Below the pieces are notes generated by a model. That model was not told the DNA's origin. It made no database searches and was given only the letters and a program-made list of their open reading frames with translations. Shown piece after piece: positions 1-11,761 of a stretch of 64,000 nucleotides of DNA. The first letter of the stretch is position 1, and every line of letters starts with the position of its first letter. Origin of the DNA: Candidatus Shapirobacteria bacterium (GTDB lineage: Bacteria > Patescibacteriota > Microgenomatia > UBA12405 > BS750m-G30); assembly GCA_016783425.1 (NCBI GenBank), contig JADHWP010000001.1:7272-71271 (forward strand), given 5' to 3'. A program made the translations under genes and the position numbers.

Positions 1-66
1 TTGCTATCTCTAATTAGCGCTAAAGGCATCAAAATGTTACAAGGTAGTGGTAAGCAGTTAAAATGA
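1..66 (+). CDS. C-terminal end of upstream gene, probably ATP synthase F1 alpha (partial)
   Basis: Frame 1 is open from base 1 to TGA at 64-66, overlapping the atpG ATG (ATGA coupling). Identity rests on the atpA-atpG-atpD order only. Confidence 0.45.
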   Translation: MLSLISAKGIKMLQGSGKQLK

Positions 67-905
67 AAACTTCGGCTCAAGTAAGAGCGGAAATTGAGTG
101 GTTGAGGGGGTTGTCCGAACTGGTGATGGCTTATGAAGAGGTGGCGGCGGTCAGAATGAAAAAAATAAGAAATGAAGTTTTGCAAAATCGGGAGTTTACT
201 ACGGGCCTAAATCAGATTTATCAGCGGCTTAAATTTACCTATAAAAAAGAGGCGGAAAAGTATAAGCTAAAGCAAAACATAAGCAAGAACGGCAAAACCG
301 CCCGGGTTTTTCTTTCCGCTAATGCCGGTTTTTACGGCCCGATCATTCAAAAGACTTTTCAATTATTTGCCGCGGATTTAAAAAAAGAAAAATCCGACGC
401 GGTTATTGTTGGCCGGGTGGGAAGATATCTTTTTAGCCAGGCAGGGATAAAAAAAACCGAGCCTTTGTATTTTGATTTTCCGGACGGAAGCTTTGACCGC
501 CAGGGGCTTAAAGAAATCGCCGATCAGCTTTTGCCTTATGAGGCGGTCGTGGTTTATCACGGGCAGTACCAAAATATTGCCGTTCAAAATCCGCTTGCTT
601 CTTCTATTTCCGGGGATCAATTGGGGCCGGAAGCGGGGGAGCCGGCGCGCGCCTCCTGGATTTTTGAGCCTTCTTTCTCCTCCCTTCTTTCTTTTTTTGA
701 AAGCGAGATTTTTGTTTCTCTTTTTGCTCACTCAATGTACGAGTCGCATCTTTCCAAGTTTGCCTGCCGGATGATTACGCTGGACGAGGCAGCGGAAAAC
801 ATTAACAAAGGGATTGCGGTTAGTCTATTTGAAAAAGAAAGATTGAGGCACAAGCAGAGCAGCAAAAAACAGCTGGAGGCTTTAGTTAGGGTGGTTAGAA
901 ACTAA
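63..905 (+). CDS. atpG: F0F1 ATP synthase subunit gamma
   Basis: N-terminal AYEEVAAVRMKK helix, ANAGFYG (DxGLCG-like), WIFEPS, ACRMITLDEAAEN; directly upstream of atpD. Confidence 0.92.
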   Translation: MKTSAQVRAEIEWLRGLSELVMAYEEVAAVRMKKIRNEVLQNREFTTGLNQIYQRLKFTYKKEAEKYKLKQNISKNGKTARVFLSANAGFYGPIIQKTFQLFAADLKKEKSDAVIVGRVGRYLFSQAGIKKTEPLYFDFPDGSFDRQGLKEIADQLLPYEAVVVYHGQYQNIAVQNPLASSISGDQLGPEAGEPARASWIFEPSFSSLLSFFESEIFVSLFAHSMYESHLSKFACRMITLDEAAENINKGIAVSLFEKERLRHKQSSKKQLEALVRVVRN

Positions 906-2542
<1,637 letters not shown>

Positions 2543-2616
2543 CAGGCTCTTTTCACCCCCAGTCCAAAAAGTTGACAAACATTTTCGCCTGGAGTATAAA
2601 ACGTCAGTCATTTACT

Positions 2617-3933
2617 TTACCGAATCGTAACGCCGTAAAGGTTGGCGGGCAGGCTGGGGTGGAGGGAGGTAAGAATGATTAGCTTATTGCCGTCCGGAGA
2701 GGGGAAAACATACCCGTTTTCAAAAGGACCGGCAAAAACCGTTTGCTTATTGGTGGCATCGGCTTCAACTACCTTGGCTTGATTATCTTCCAGGAAAACC
2801 AGGTGATTATTGGTGCTTAGCCAATAAAGAGAGGTCTGGGTTTGAGCCAGGTACGATTCAAGCAGGTTTTCCTGGTTAGTTATTTTTTCCGGATCCAGAC
2901 CGATTTTTTCCGCTCCAATAATAAAAAAGTTTGTATCCTGCTCTAAATCGTAAACATAGATTCCACCCGACTTAATATTTCTTTCTTCAATCTCGGTAGA
3001 GCGGGCCGGAGGATGAGGCAGAAGTTTTTCCGGAAGGCTCGCTTCCCGGGAAGCCAGGTAAAAAATCTTTTTTTGATGCGGAGAAAAAGTTACCAGTTGG
3101 GCCGATTCACTGGCAATTTGGGCGAGCTCTTTGGGCAGTTTTTCCAAATCTCTTGTTAACTGCTCCTGCTTTTGAGTTTGCCATCCGCTTAAGGTAAAGG
3201 AAAGCTGCAATACTTCGTTTCTAAGTTGATCCGCGGGGGTGAGGCGGTCGGCGGGGAGGCGGTAAACTGAAGAAGGGCTTTCCAGGGGACCAAAAATAGC
3301 CAGTACTTCAGCAGAATCCGGGCTCCAAATCAAAACCGCCTTAGACCAGTCCAGAAAGCTGACCGGGGCTACCAGCTGGTGAGTGTTGCTGCGGAATAGG
3401 TTTAAGCCTCCCTGATCAATCCGGGAAACCCAGAGCCCGTTTTTTATTTCCGCCGAAGACGAAGCGACCGCGTAGGCAATTTTTGCCCCGTCCGGGGAAA
3501 GAGCGGGGTTAATCGCGCCGGTGTTAGTGAGGGTAGTTAAATCCGGAGCGGAGCGGAAAAGGTGGGCATCGGTTTGAAAAACTACCTCTTTTTTAACCAG
3601 CGCCTTTTTTTCCCAGGGCAGATACCCGTCTTTAATTAATTTTAGTTGATATTCACCCGGAGAGAGGGTGATCGTGTCGTCGGTAGCGGTTACCAGCTTA
3701 TCATCCACATAAACCAAGGCTCCTTTGGGCAAAGAAATGGCGGCGAGCAAGCCCGTGGGGAACAAGCCGCCCTTTTTAATATCCGGTCGGTAGCCCCTGA
3801 TAAACAAAGAGACTATGGTAGTTCCGGCTACCACGAAAGCGAGAACGCCAGCGGCAATCATCGCCGGCTTAAACCGCTTAACCTTTTTTCCCAACCCTCT
3901 TCTTTTTAATATCTTTTTAAGTTTTTTGATCAT
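2617..3933 (-). CDS. Membrane-anchored PEGA-domain protein with TolB-like beta-propeller repeats
   Basis: N-terminal TM helix; PEGA-like SLPKGALVYVDD...LSPGEYQLKLIKDGY; repeated SPDG/WSPD motifs. Confidence 0.75.
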   Translation of the reverse strand: MIKKLKKILKRRGLGKKVKRFKPAMIAAGVLAFVVAGTTIVSLFIRGYRPDIKKGGLFPTGLLAAISLPKGALVYVDDKLVTATDDTITLSPGEYQLKLIKDGYLPWEKKALVKKEVVFQTDAHLFRSAPDLTTLTNTGAINPALSPDGAKIAYAVASSSAEIKNGLWVSRIDQGGLNLFRSNTHQLVAPVSFLDWSKAVLIWSPDSAEVLAIFGPLESPSSVYRLPADRLTPADQLRNEVLQLSFTLSGWQTQKQEQLTRDLEKLPKELAQIASESAQLVTFSPHQKKIFYLASREASLPEKLLPHPPARSTEIEERNIKSGGIYVYDLEQDTNFFIIGAEKIGLDPEKITNQENLLESYLAQTQTSLYWLSTNNHLVFLEDNQAKVVEADATNKQTVFAGPFENGYVFPSPDGNKLIILTSLHPSLPANLYGVTIR

Positions 3934-3985
3934 TTGAAACTTGAGCTTTTATTCTACCATATTTGTTTGAGTTTAGAGTTTAGAT

Positions 3986-4030
3986 TGTCAACCTTAAAGG
4001 TTGAAGATCCAGTAACCTTTAAGGTTGACA
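3986..4030. repeat. REP doublet (family A, AACCTTWAAGGTT)
   Basis: tgtcaaccttaaaggttgaagatccagtaacctttaaggttgaca; same palindrome core as the RAYT flanks. Confidence 0.85.
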
Positions 4031-4121
4031 GAGCTGGCGGACTCGGGAGTAATATAATTTCTGGTATAATGATTTTAGAGGAGGAAATATCTTTATTTTA
4101 AGATAATCATAATATATCAAA

Positions 4122-5129
4122 ATGGCTTTAAGCAAGCAGTTGGCGATCGATTTAGGCACGGCCAATTCTTTAGTTTGGGAAATAGGCAAGGGTCTGATTA
4201 TTAATGAGCCGACGGTGGTGGCCGTTACTTTGGAGGAGCGAAAAGTTTTAGCAGTGGGCAGGGAGGCGAAAGAAATGCTGGGGCGGACTCCGGAATATAT
4301 TGAGGTCGCCCGGCCAATGCGGGAGGGAGTAATTGCCGATTATCAGGTAACCGAATCCATGCTGCGGTGGTTTATTCGCCAGACCGGGAGCGGTTTGCTT
4401 AATTTTTTTAAACCTGAAGTAATGGTTTGTGTGCCTACGGGGGTAACCCAGGTCGAGCAAAGAGCGGTTTTAGACGCCACTCTTAGCGCCGGGGCGCGGG
4501 TGGCCTATCTTATTGATTCTCCTTTAGCCGCGGCGATTGGGGCGGGTATTCCCATTAGTAGCGCAGTGGGAAACATGATTGTGGATATTGGCGGGGGCGC
4601 TTGTGAGGCGGCCGTAATTTCTTTAGGGGGAGTGGTCGTTCATAAAAGCGTCAGAGTAGCCGGTAATAAGCTGGATGAGGCGATTATTAATTGGCTTAAA
4701 AAAACCCACAATATGGTGGTTGGGGACCAAACGGCGGAGAAAATAAAAATTGAAATCGGGACGGCCTTGCCCAAAAGCAAAGAAAAGAAAATGAGCGTCA
4801 GGGGGCGAGATTCAGTTAGCGGACTGCCTCGGAAAATAGAGCTTACCTCCACCCAGGTTAACGAAGCGGTCAAAGAACCCCTGGAAGAGATTTTAAGCGC
4901 GGTTCGGGGAGTTTTAGAAAAGACTCCTCCGGAACTGGTAGCGGATATTGTTGACCGGGGGATTATTCTTTCCGGTGGGACGGCCTTATTAGGTAGCCTG
5001 GATAGATATCTTACAAGACAGATTGGGGTTTCTTTCCATGTAGCCCAGGATCCTTTGCTTTGCACCATTAAAGGGACCGCGGCGGCTTTAGAGAATTTAG
5101 AAGATTATAAAAGTTCTTTGAGGTTGTAG
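4122..5129 (+). CDS. mreB: Rod shape-determining protein MreB/Mbl
   Basis: AIDLGTAN, PMREGVIADY, MIVDIGGG, LSGGTALL actin-fold motifs. Confidence 0.97.
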   Translation: MALSKQLAIDLGTANSLVWEIGKGLIINEPTVVAVTLEERKVLAVGREAKEMLGRTPEYIEVARPMREGVIADYQVTESMLRWFIRQTGSGLLNFFKPEVMVCVPTGVTQVEQRAVLDATLSAGARVAYLIDSPLAAAIGAGIPISSAVGNMIVDIGGGACEAAVISLGGVVVHKSVRVAGNKLDEAIINWLKKTHNMVVGDQTAEKIKIEIGTALPKSKEKKMSVRGRDSVSGLPRKIELTSTQVNEAVKEPLEEILSAVRGVLEKTPPELVADIVDRGIILSGGTALLGSLDRYLTRQIGVSFHVAQDPLLCTIKGTAAALENLEDYKSSLRL

Positions 5130-6597
5130 ATCCTATAAGGTTGAGCTTTAAATAAAGCAAATAACTAATTAACAGCTGTATGATAGTCTTATAATAGACA
5201 TTTCCTGTTATAAATTAATTTTGGGGTATTATTTGAAATTACCAGCAATATCCAGGGGAGTTAAAGAATAAATGGGAGCCGGGGAAATGAATAATTAATT
5301 GGAACGATAATATTTAAAAACGGATTTTGGTAAAACTAAATATAGAATCTTATAAAGCTGTTTACATATTTCAACCCTGGTGATGATACGCTACCCACAG
5401 TAAGTAAAATACTAGAGGATATTGCTGTTTAAATTGGCTGCTGAAAAGGAAAGATGGATACAAGTTGAATATGTACCAGAGTGGATAAAATAATAAAGTA
5501 TAATGGTTTTTTATTAAGAGACCGAGTGAAAACAACTTATAGGATTATATTAAAGAAGGTGCTTTGGGAGGAGGTTACAAAAACCTGATCTTGAAAGAGG
5601 AAGAAATCAATTTATCCTACCCTGGAAGTGGTATAAATAGCTGGAAGGAAAGGGGAAAAGCGCTGATTGTTATTCTCTGGCAGAAGATTGATTTATTTGA
5701 TAATCTCCAGGCCGTTTAGGCAGTTGAGTTTTGCTTGAGCCTAAAAGGCCCCGGAAATGCTCTATAAGGAAAAATAAGTGACAGTGGAGGCAAAAAAGTT
5801 AATGCGGAAATTTTACTGGCTGTTAATGCTTTTTAATGAATAAATAAAAGAATATTCGGTTTTTCCATCAAAAAAGCGGTAAACTAGCTAAAGATCTTCT
5901 TTGTTCTGGTTTGAGGTTTTATTATCGGGAATATTTTTATCAGGCCAAAGTGGCAACTGCCTGTCCAGGAGACAACGGGCTTACTGTCTCGTGGATAAAG
6001 CCCCCCCGCCGGGATATACAAATGAGTCGCCAAAAAAGGCGCGCAGAGCGAAACAGAGAACCACAGGCTTTGTCCAGGGGCGCCTATCGGGTAAAATTGA
6101 TAACTGCCTGTTTTTTTGAGTCTCCCGGAACTCATTTAACCGGGCCTTTTTCCTTAAACGCTCCCCTTTATTTGCGATTTCATGCCGGCGTATATGAGTA
6201 TGGCGTATATGAGTATAATGTATTTCTTTTTGTAGCGCAGGTTTTTAGGTTTTAGCAATAAAAAAAATAATTTATTAACTTTATAAATTTTTTAAAATTT
6301 AAAATAATTCTTTAAGAAAATTTTGACTTTTTGGTTAATTTTTCTGTTGATATACTTTGTTGGGCTTAATAATCGTTTGTATTTTTAGTATACTCCGTAA
6401 TATCCATTGATATACTAGTTTTAATTTACTTTCACTATTACAGCACACGGTATTAAACAGTTAGATAATCTCCGAATAATAACCTGATTTCACTGATTTC
6501 AAGCCTGGCAGATAAAATTAGAAGCGTGAAAGCGTCTCGCGTTATTAATGCACAATTTTTTGGAAGAGTTTGGTGATTTAATGAGGCGGGTGAAGTT

Positions 6598-7650
6598 TTA
6601 CTTAGATTCTTGAGCCGGAAACGCTTCTTGAAGCATAGTTAAAACTAATTTTTCAGCAGTCATTGAAGAAAGAAAAGTGGGGTATCTTTCGACTTGGTGA
6701 TCATCAAGTCTTAGTGGCCCGACTACTTGCCCGCTATCTTCCCATCTAGTCGTCATTTTAGAAACATAAACGAAAGGTTCTCTGAAATTTTCCGGAAAAA
6801 GGAGGACTCCTCCTTTTCTTTTTATTTTTACCACTGAGCCAATCGCTTTTAACCAGGTGTTTTTTTCCGCATTAGTTTCGGCATTTTTGAGTATATTTCC
6901 TAGTTGAGCGGCGATTTCGGAATTTTCAATGGTATCTGCGGCCAAAAGAAGGGGAACGGCAATAAGCGCTTTTGCTTCAAGAGCTTTTTGGCCTAAAGCT
7001 GCTAATACTTGCCGATGGAATCTAACTCTTGTTTCCGCTACCTTTTTAATTTCTTCTGGAGTTAAAGCTTGAATTTCAGGCGCTACTTTTCCGGGAAGTG
7101 AAAAAAAGCCGCCCGGTAGCTTTAAGGGTCTTCGGTCTATCTCTGCCCCTTTTTTTATTTGTTTTAATATAGCCTGAAAATCATGTAGATCATCTAGTTG
7201 GTGATAAGTGGAAGCAACTAAAGATTGAGCCATTTGTAGTTCAGCCACCCTTTTTTGTTTCCCTTCGGCCATATCAGCAAGCTGTCTTTTTCTTTCTTTT
7301 TCCAGCTTTTGCTGATCTTGCTGGTCATATATTCGTTCCTGAAAGGGAAGCTTCAGTACTTCTCTTGCTCTTTTATCTGCTTCTTTGTAGTCGGGGCTGC
7401 CCATATAACAACTCTGAATGCTTCTTTCAGCTACTTCTCCTTGATCTTGAGCAAATTTTGATGCGCTCCTCCATATATGATCAACTTTTTTCTCAATATC
7501 CTTTGGATCATTACATTCGGCTATAAGAAGCCGGACAGTCTCTGCCCTTTTTCCTTCGGGGCTAGACTCCCTTGGGGCGTGCTCTTCTAAGAGATCTTCG
7601 AGAGTAAGAGTTTGTTCTACAGCTACTTCTGCTCTAACATCTTCGCTCAT
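6598..7650 (-). CDS. Hypothetical helical/coiled-coil ORFan
   Basis: 350-aa ORF with E-rich N-terminus; -10 TAGATT 7 nt before the ATG. Confidence 0.75.
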   Translation of the reverse strand: MSEDVRAEVAVEQTLTLEDLLEEHAPRESSPEGKRAETVRLLIAECNDPKDIEKKVDHIWRSASKFAQDQGEVAERSIQSCYMGSPDYKEADKRAREVLKLPFQERIYDQQDQQKLEKERKRQLADMAEGKQKRVAELQMAQSLVASTYHQLDDLHDFQAILKQIKKGAEIDRRPLKLPGGFFSLPGKVAPEIQALTPEEIKKVAETRVRFHRQVLAALGQKALEAKALIAVPLLLAADTIENSEIAAQLGNILKNAETNAEKNTWLKAIGSVVKIKRKGGVLLFPENFREPFVYVSKMTTRWEDSGQVVGPLRLDDHQVERYPTFLSSMTAEKLVLTMLQEAFPAQESK

Positions 7651-7657
7651 TATCTTT

Positions 7658-7701
7658 AATCTATAGCCTTTTGGCTAAATAAACATGACAAAAATATAAC
7701 A
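7658..7701 (-). promoter_or_regulatory. TGTTA-N6-TGTCA boxes, N22, then -10 TAGATT
   Basis: Minus strand: TGTTA 7701-7697, TGTCA 7690-7686, TAGATT 7663-7658; same geometry as four other promoters. Confidence 0.55.
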
Positions 7702-7738
7702 ATTTATATTTTCATAGTAAGATTTAACAAGGGTTTTG

Positions 7739-8713
7739 TCAAGACAGAACTTTTTGAATAAACCTTTCTCTAACTTCTTTGCCCCTTTCGATAATAGTTG
7801 GCATTTTTTGTTTTAGGCTGCCTATTAAGTTGCTCATTGCAAGAATTTGAAGGTGAACGGCAAGAAAAGGGTCAGTGTCATCATCAATATAGGGATTATG
7901 CCAAACAAGCGAGGGTCTGGGAAGAGATTTTCCTCGGCGGTGAAGATCCTCTCCCCATAATAATTCAGGAACTCTGCGTTTTAAATCAGCGGGCAGCAGT
8001 CTCAAAATAGCTTCGGTGGTTTGATTAGCCGCCACATCCCATTCGTCTGCTTCTCTGGTATCCGGTTTTCTTAGAAAAGCCTCAATAGGATATCCCGGGC
8101 AGTCACAGATTATAAACGGAGAAGGGCTTTGGGCCAAAGCGAGCCCTTTGTTCAGTGTTTCTTTGACTGTTATTGCCGCAGGCCGCCTTTCGGGTATAGT
8201 TAATTCACCCTTTTGGTATTTGGCTCTGATTTTTAATAGGGCGAGAACAATATCAGCCATGCTTTGCTTGGAATCTAAGCCAGCTTTTCTTAGTTCTTCC
8301 AGGTAGTAAGTAGAGCTAAGTTGAGAAAATGGGTCAAGGTCAAGAATCGGCGCGCCTGTTGCGAGCGAGAGAGCGGCGGAAATAATTGATTTTCCGGATC
8401 CACTATGGCCGGCGATAGATAAAGCTATTTTCGGCTCTTGTCCGGCTTTGGTATTTGGAATTTTCCCCGAGCGATTTAAGGCCAGATGGACGGCTAATAG
8501 GGTTGGCAAAGAAGTCGTTCTAAGGCAAAGGTCCAGCCGCTCTTTTTGATCTGGATCTAATTCGGCCTCGGGAATTCCTAATCCTTGCCGCCGCCAGTGA
8601 TCAAGAAACCTGGGGAAATAAAATTTTTGTCCGTCTAAATCATCCAGCCAGGCAACATCTGTAGTTAATTTACTTATTTCAACCGGGGGAAGGCCTGGCT
8701 CCCAATCAGTCAT
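7739..8713 (-). CDS. P-loop NTPase/kinase-like hypothetical protein
   Basis: Walker A GHSGSGKS after a hydrophobic strand, ILDLD, IICDCPG. Confidence 0.65.
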   Translation of the reverse strand: MTDWEPGLPPVEISKLTTDVAWLDDLDGQKFYFPRFLDHWRRQGLGIPEAELDPDQKERLDLCLRTTSLPTLLAVHLALNRSGKIPNTKAGQEPKIALSIAGHSGSGKSIISAALSLATGAPILDLDPFSQLSSTYYLEELRKAGLDSKQSMADIVLALLKIRAKYQKGELTIPERRPAAITVKETLNKGLALAQSPSPFIICDCPGYPIEAFLRKPDTREADEWDVAANQTTEAILRLLPADLKRRVPELLWGEDLHRRGKSLPRPSLVWHNPYIDDDTDPFLAVHLQILAMSNLIGSLKQKMPTIIERGKEVRERFIQKVLS

Positions 8714-8715
8714 GG

Positions 8716-9687
8716 TTATTTACCAACAATTTGATAACCAACTTTAGGAATGGATTTAAGCTGATAATGTTTTAGTTTGTTATTAAGGCGGCTGATCGTT
8801 TGATTAATGGCCCAATCAGAAAATTTATCGTAACCGTCTTTGCCCCATTTAAAATCCGCAACCTGTTCGCGGGTGATGGCAGGGCTGGTCAGTAAATGGC
8901 AAATAACTTCAGCCTCGGTTTTAGTTAGTTTGCAAGTACCCCCTTGTTCATTTTCTTCAAAACTCAAATCAGGGTTAATTTTAATCCTGATTACTGCGGG
9001 GAGGGGATAAAGTTGGAGATATTTGGCTAAAAGAAGGCTGATACATTCACCTTTTTTGTTAATAATCCCTAATTTATTTAAGACGGGCGGCGAGGATTGG
9101 GCCAGGATGGTTATGGTGTGATTAATAACCCTTTTAAAATCAGGGCTTGAGGCAGTTTCCTTAGGGGTTTTGGCTAATGTTTGGGGAGCAAGAGAAAGAT
9201 ATTTGATAATTCGGCCGATACCGCCCGAGTATTTATAAATTAAATCAATCTCTTTTTGTTTTAATTCCGGGCTTATTTCTCGGGCAAAAATATTAGCATC
9301 CGCCCGTTCTCTGGCCTGGAAGTAAAAAGTAGAATACAAATGGGAGGCGGCAAAAGATTTTTGGTATTCGTCCGTTTCCACCAGCCGGGGAGTATTAATA
9401 ATTAAAGCAAATTTTTGGCCTAACTTAGCTTTTTTAAAATATTCATTGGCAATGCTTAAAGCTTTTTCGTTTTTGTCAAAATCAAGGTCTAAGATATTAT
9501 ATTCAGCTAAATCCCCGTCAGCCTCATTAAGGTAATTAACTTCTTTGTTTTTTTCTAAATATTTTTTCACAAAATAGGTAATGCCCAAGCCCGGAAGGGT
9601 AACAATCAAAAAATTGGCTTTCTTTTTGATGCTCTCGTTGAGCGCCGCCGCCAGTTTTTGATAAAGCTTTTGCGAATAAAACCCCAT
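8716..9687 (-). CDS. Regulator: degenerate P-loop domain plus C-terminal OmpR/PhoB-type winged helix
   Basis: FLIVTLPGLGIT (Walker A lacking Lys), YSGGIGR, LTKTEAEV...ITREQVADFKWG...SDWAINQTISRLNNKL...IPKVGY. Confidence 0.75.
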   Translation of the reverse strand: MGFYSQKLYQKLAAALNESIKKKANFLIVTLPGLGITYFVKKYLEKNKEVNYLNEADGDLAEYNILDLDFDKNEKALSIANEYFKKAKLGQKFALIINTPRLVETDEYQKSFAASHLYSTFYFQARERADANIFAREISPELKQKEIDLIYKYSGGIGRIIKYLSLAPQTLAKTPKETASSPDFKRVINHTITILAQSSPPVLNKLGIINKKGECISLLLAKYLQLYPLPAVIRIKINPDLSFEENEQGGTCKLTKTEAEVICHLLTSPAITREQVADFKWGKDGYDKFSDWAINQTISRLNNKLKHYQLKSIPKVGYQIVGK

Positions 9688-9736
9688 AAATCAATATTAA
9701 CATAAAAATGTATTCCGAATTTTTTTAAAGCCAAAT

Positions 9737-9791
9737 TGTTATTTTTTCGTTATCTTTTTGTCAAGTATTCAAATAAGCATTATGGGATAAT
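9737..9791 (+). promoter_or_regulatory. Three 11-bp-periodic boxes (TGTTA/CGTTA/TGTCA), N22, then -10 GATAAT
   Basis: Boxes at 9737, 9748, 9759; GATAAT at 9786-9791; lies in the divergent gap next to the wHTH regulator. Confidence 0.6.
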
Positions 9792-9819
9792 TGGGCTATT
9801 AATAATTTAACTTAAAAAA

Positions 9820-11373
9820 ATGACTGAGCAAGATAAGAGAAATGATGGAGTTCAAAATCCCGGGAGAAGAGAATTTTTAGGAGGCATTGCAAGGCTGGGT
9901 TTGTCGGTTAGCGCATTATGCTTGGCGGCTAAAGGTGGAGTTGAAGTAGTGAGAGAAATAAAGGATGAATTTGGAGAAATTGACTTTGAGAGAAAATTTC
10001 CAAAAGAAAAAGAGTTGCAAGAAGCGGCTGAAGCGCTAGGTTTTGGTACTTGGTCGGTTGACTCCCCCACTCGGGATTTGCCGGTAGGCTGGCAGGAGTT
10101 AGCGGCAATGGAAGATGGAGGCTTAAAATTGCGGGAAGGAGGCTTTAGTAAGGAAAAAGAGAGGCTTATTTTGCCGCCGGCAGTTTTTGCCCGGGTTTGC
10201 GAGCAAATTGATATTCAGAATTTGGCTGTCGCTCAAGACGGAAGGGCCGTATTTATTTCCGGCCGGCCTAAAAATTTAAGAACTCCTTACCAGTTGGGAA
10301 GCTTGGCCCCTTCTTTTTTATTCGTTTTAAGCTCAAAAGGAGTAGGGTTTTTAGGCGGAGGGGTTAAGGATTTTGTTTTAACTGGTGAAACTATAGTGGT
10401 CAATATGGGGAGCGAACTGCTTAATTTACCCCAAGATGTTTTGACTACTGGCTTTTCAGATCAAGAGTGGCGCTATCAAGACATTATTCCAATTTCTTCT
10501 CTTCGAACTCATTTTGATAGAGAAAGTAGACAAGTTTGGGTAACTTTTATTGGTGAAAATAAAAGTTCAGGGACAAGGGGGCTTTATGAGGTGGTTAATG
10601 GGCATGTTTATTGCCGGGCAAGCTTTGATCCCCAAAAGGAAAAATTATTGGGCTGGGCTAGTATGCCGGCAGTAGGCTCCTCTGGCTTTTCGGCTGACTC
10701 CCGCTTAATTGTTCATGGAGTAGATCAAGAGATTAAACAAGGGGGCTTGTTTATAAGGGGAAGAGGCTCAGACTTAGTTGCGCCGATAACCGGCTTAGAA
10801 TGCCGAACCCTGTTTCCCTATGCTTATCGTCATTTGCTAACCAGGAGCGGTTCTGTTTTGGGAGATTCTACTCGGTTAGGCGACCGTTCCTGCCGAGTTT
10901 TTATTGATCGGGAGAGAGTTAGGGGGACCTCCGGGGTTTATCCAGAAGGGGTAATCGGGGGAGTGGTTTTTGTCCAAAACCCTGATTCTTTAAATTTTTT
11001 GGGTCTTGATGTTGATGGCAACCCCTGCTTTAAGGGAAAGCCTTTAGAAAAAGGAGAAGACGGCCATCTCGATCCAGATGGTTGGCAGACCGGTTTTGTG
11101 CTTTGGGCTGGCTCTGGCGCAAAACTGGAGATTCCTGAAAATATTAAAGAGGGAAAAACCGAGCCAAAGCTGGCGCTTGGTTCAAAAGAATTTCTGTTTT
11201 TAGCTTCGGAAAAAGTTTCCCCGGATTTTGCTCATGTTTGGGAGCAATGGAATGGCCAGGGAGGCTTTATTGTTTTAACTACCACAGAGTCCGGGGGAAC
11301 CCGTTTTATTAACAGGATTGACTGGGTGTCTTCCGATGGAACCTCTTTTGAAGTCAAACATTTTGGCTATTAA
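9820..11373 (+). CDS. Exported/anchored hypothetical protein with twin-arginine-like N-terminus
   Basis: GRREFLG followed by a hydrophobic segment; beta-rich body. Confidence 0.7.
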   Translation: MTEQDKRNDGVQNPGRREFLGGIARLGLSVSALCLAAKGGVEVVREIKDEFGEIDFERKFPKEKELQEAAEALGFGTWSVDSPTRDLPVGWQELAAMEDGGLKLREGGFSKEKERLILPPAVFARVCEQIDIQNLAVAQDGRAVFISGRPKNLRTPYQLGSLAPSFLFVLSSKGVGFLGGGVKDFVLTGETIVVNMGSELLNLPQDVLTTGFSDQEWRYQDIIPISSLRTHFDRESRQVWVTFIGENKSSGTRGLYEVVNGHVYCRASFDPQKEKLLGWASMPAVGSSGFSADSRLIVHGVDQEIKQGGLFIRGRGSDLVAPITGLECRTLFPYAYRHLLTRSGSVLGDSTRLGDRSCRVFIDRERVRGTSGVYPEGVIGGVVFVQNPDSLNFLGLDVDGNPCFKGKPLEKGEDGHLDPDGWQTGFVLWAGSGAKLEIPENIKEGKTEPKLALGSKEFLFLASEKVSPDFAHVWEQWNGQGGFIVLTTTESGGTRFINRIDWVSSDGTSFEVKHFGY

Positions 11374-11423
11374 AATTGCCGCTTCCTCTTTGTCTAAATT
11401 TTTTGCTATACTGAAAATAGAAT

Positions 11424-11615
11424 ATGACAGGAAATGGCCTAAAAGCAGAGGCAGAACCAGTTCAATTGCCTAGGCCTGAAATAGGGCCGGACCGGGATGT
11501 TCCTTTAACCACCGAAGTGATTATTGGGGAGTTGGTTGGCAGAATCATTCCAGAGATGAGGTTTCCCCCAGAAAAAGAAGTCGCTGTTCTTCAAATAGAT
11601 TTATTTAAAAGTTAA
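11424..11615 (+). CDS. Small hypothetical protein
   Basis: 63-aa ORF preceded by TGcTATACT extended -10. Confidence 0.45.
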   Translation: MTGNGLKAEAEPVQLPRPEIGPDRDVPLTTEVIIGELVGRIIPEMRFPPEKEVAVLQIDLFKS

Positions 11616-11761
11616 TTTTCGCTTTTCCCATAATTTACTGATTAAGCCACTAATTGGGCGGCGCCGATAATCTCGCTATTTTTCCTCCTTGACACACTAA
11701 CTAATATTTTGTTATTGTGATAATATCTTAAGAGGGGATTTGTTACAAAAGATATTAGTAA

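Noticed and set aside
6255-6480. Replication origin in the AT-rich block
   Set aside because: No cluster of TTATCCACA DnaA boxes and no dnaA/dnaN nearby.
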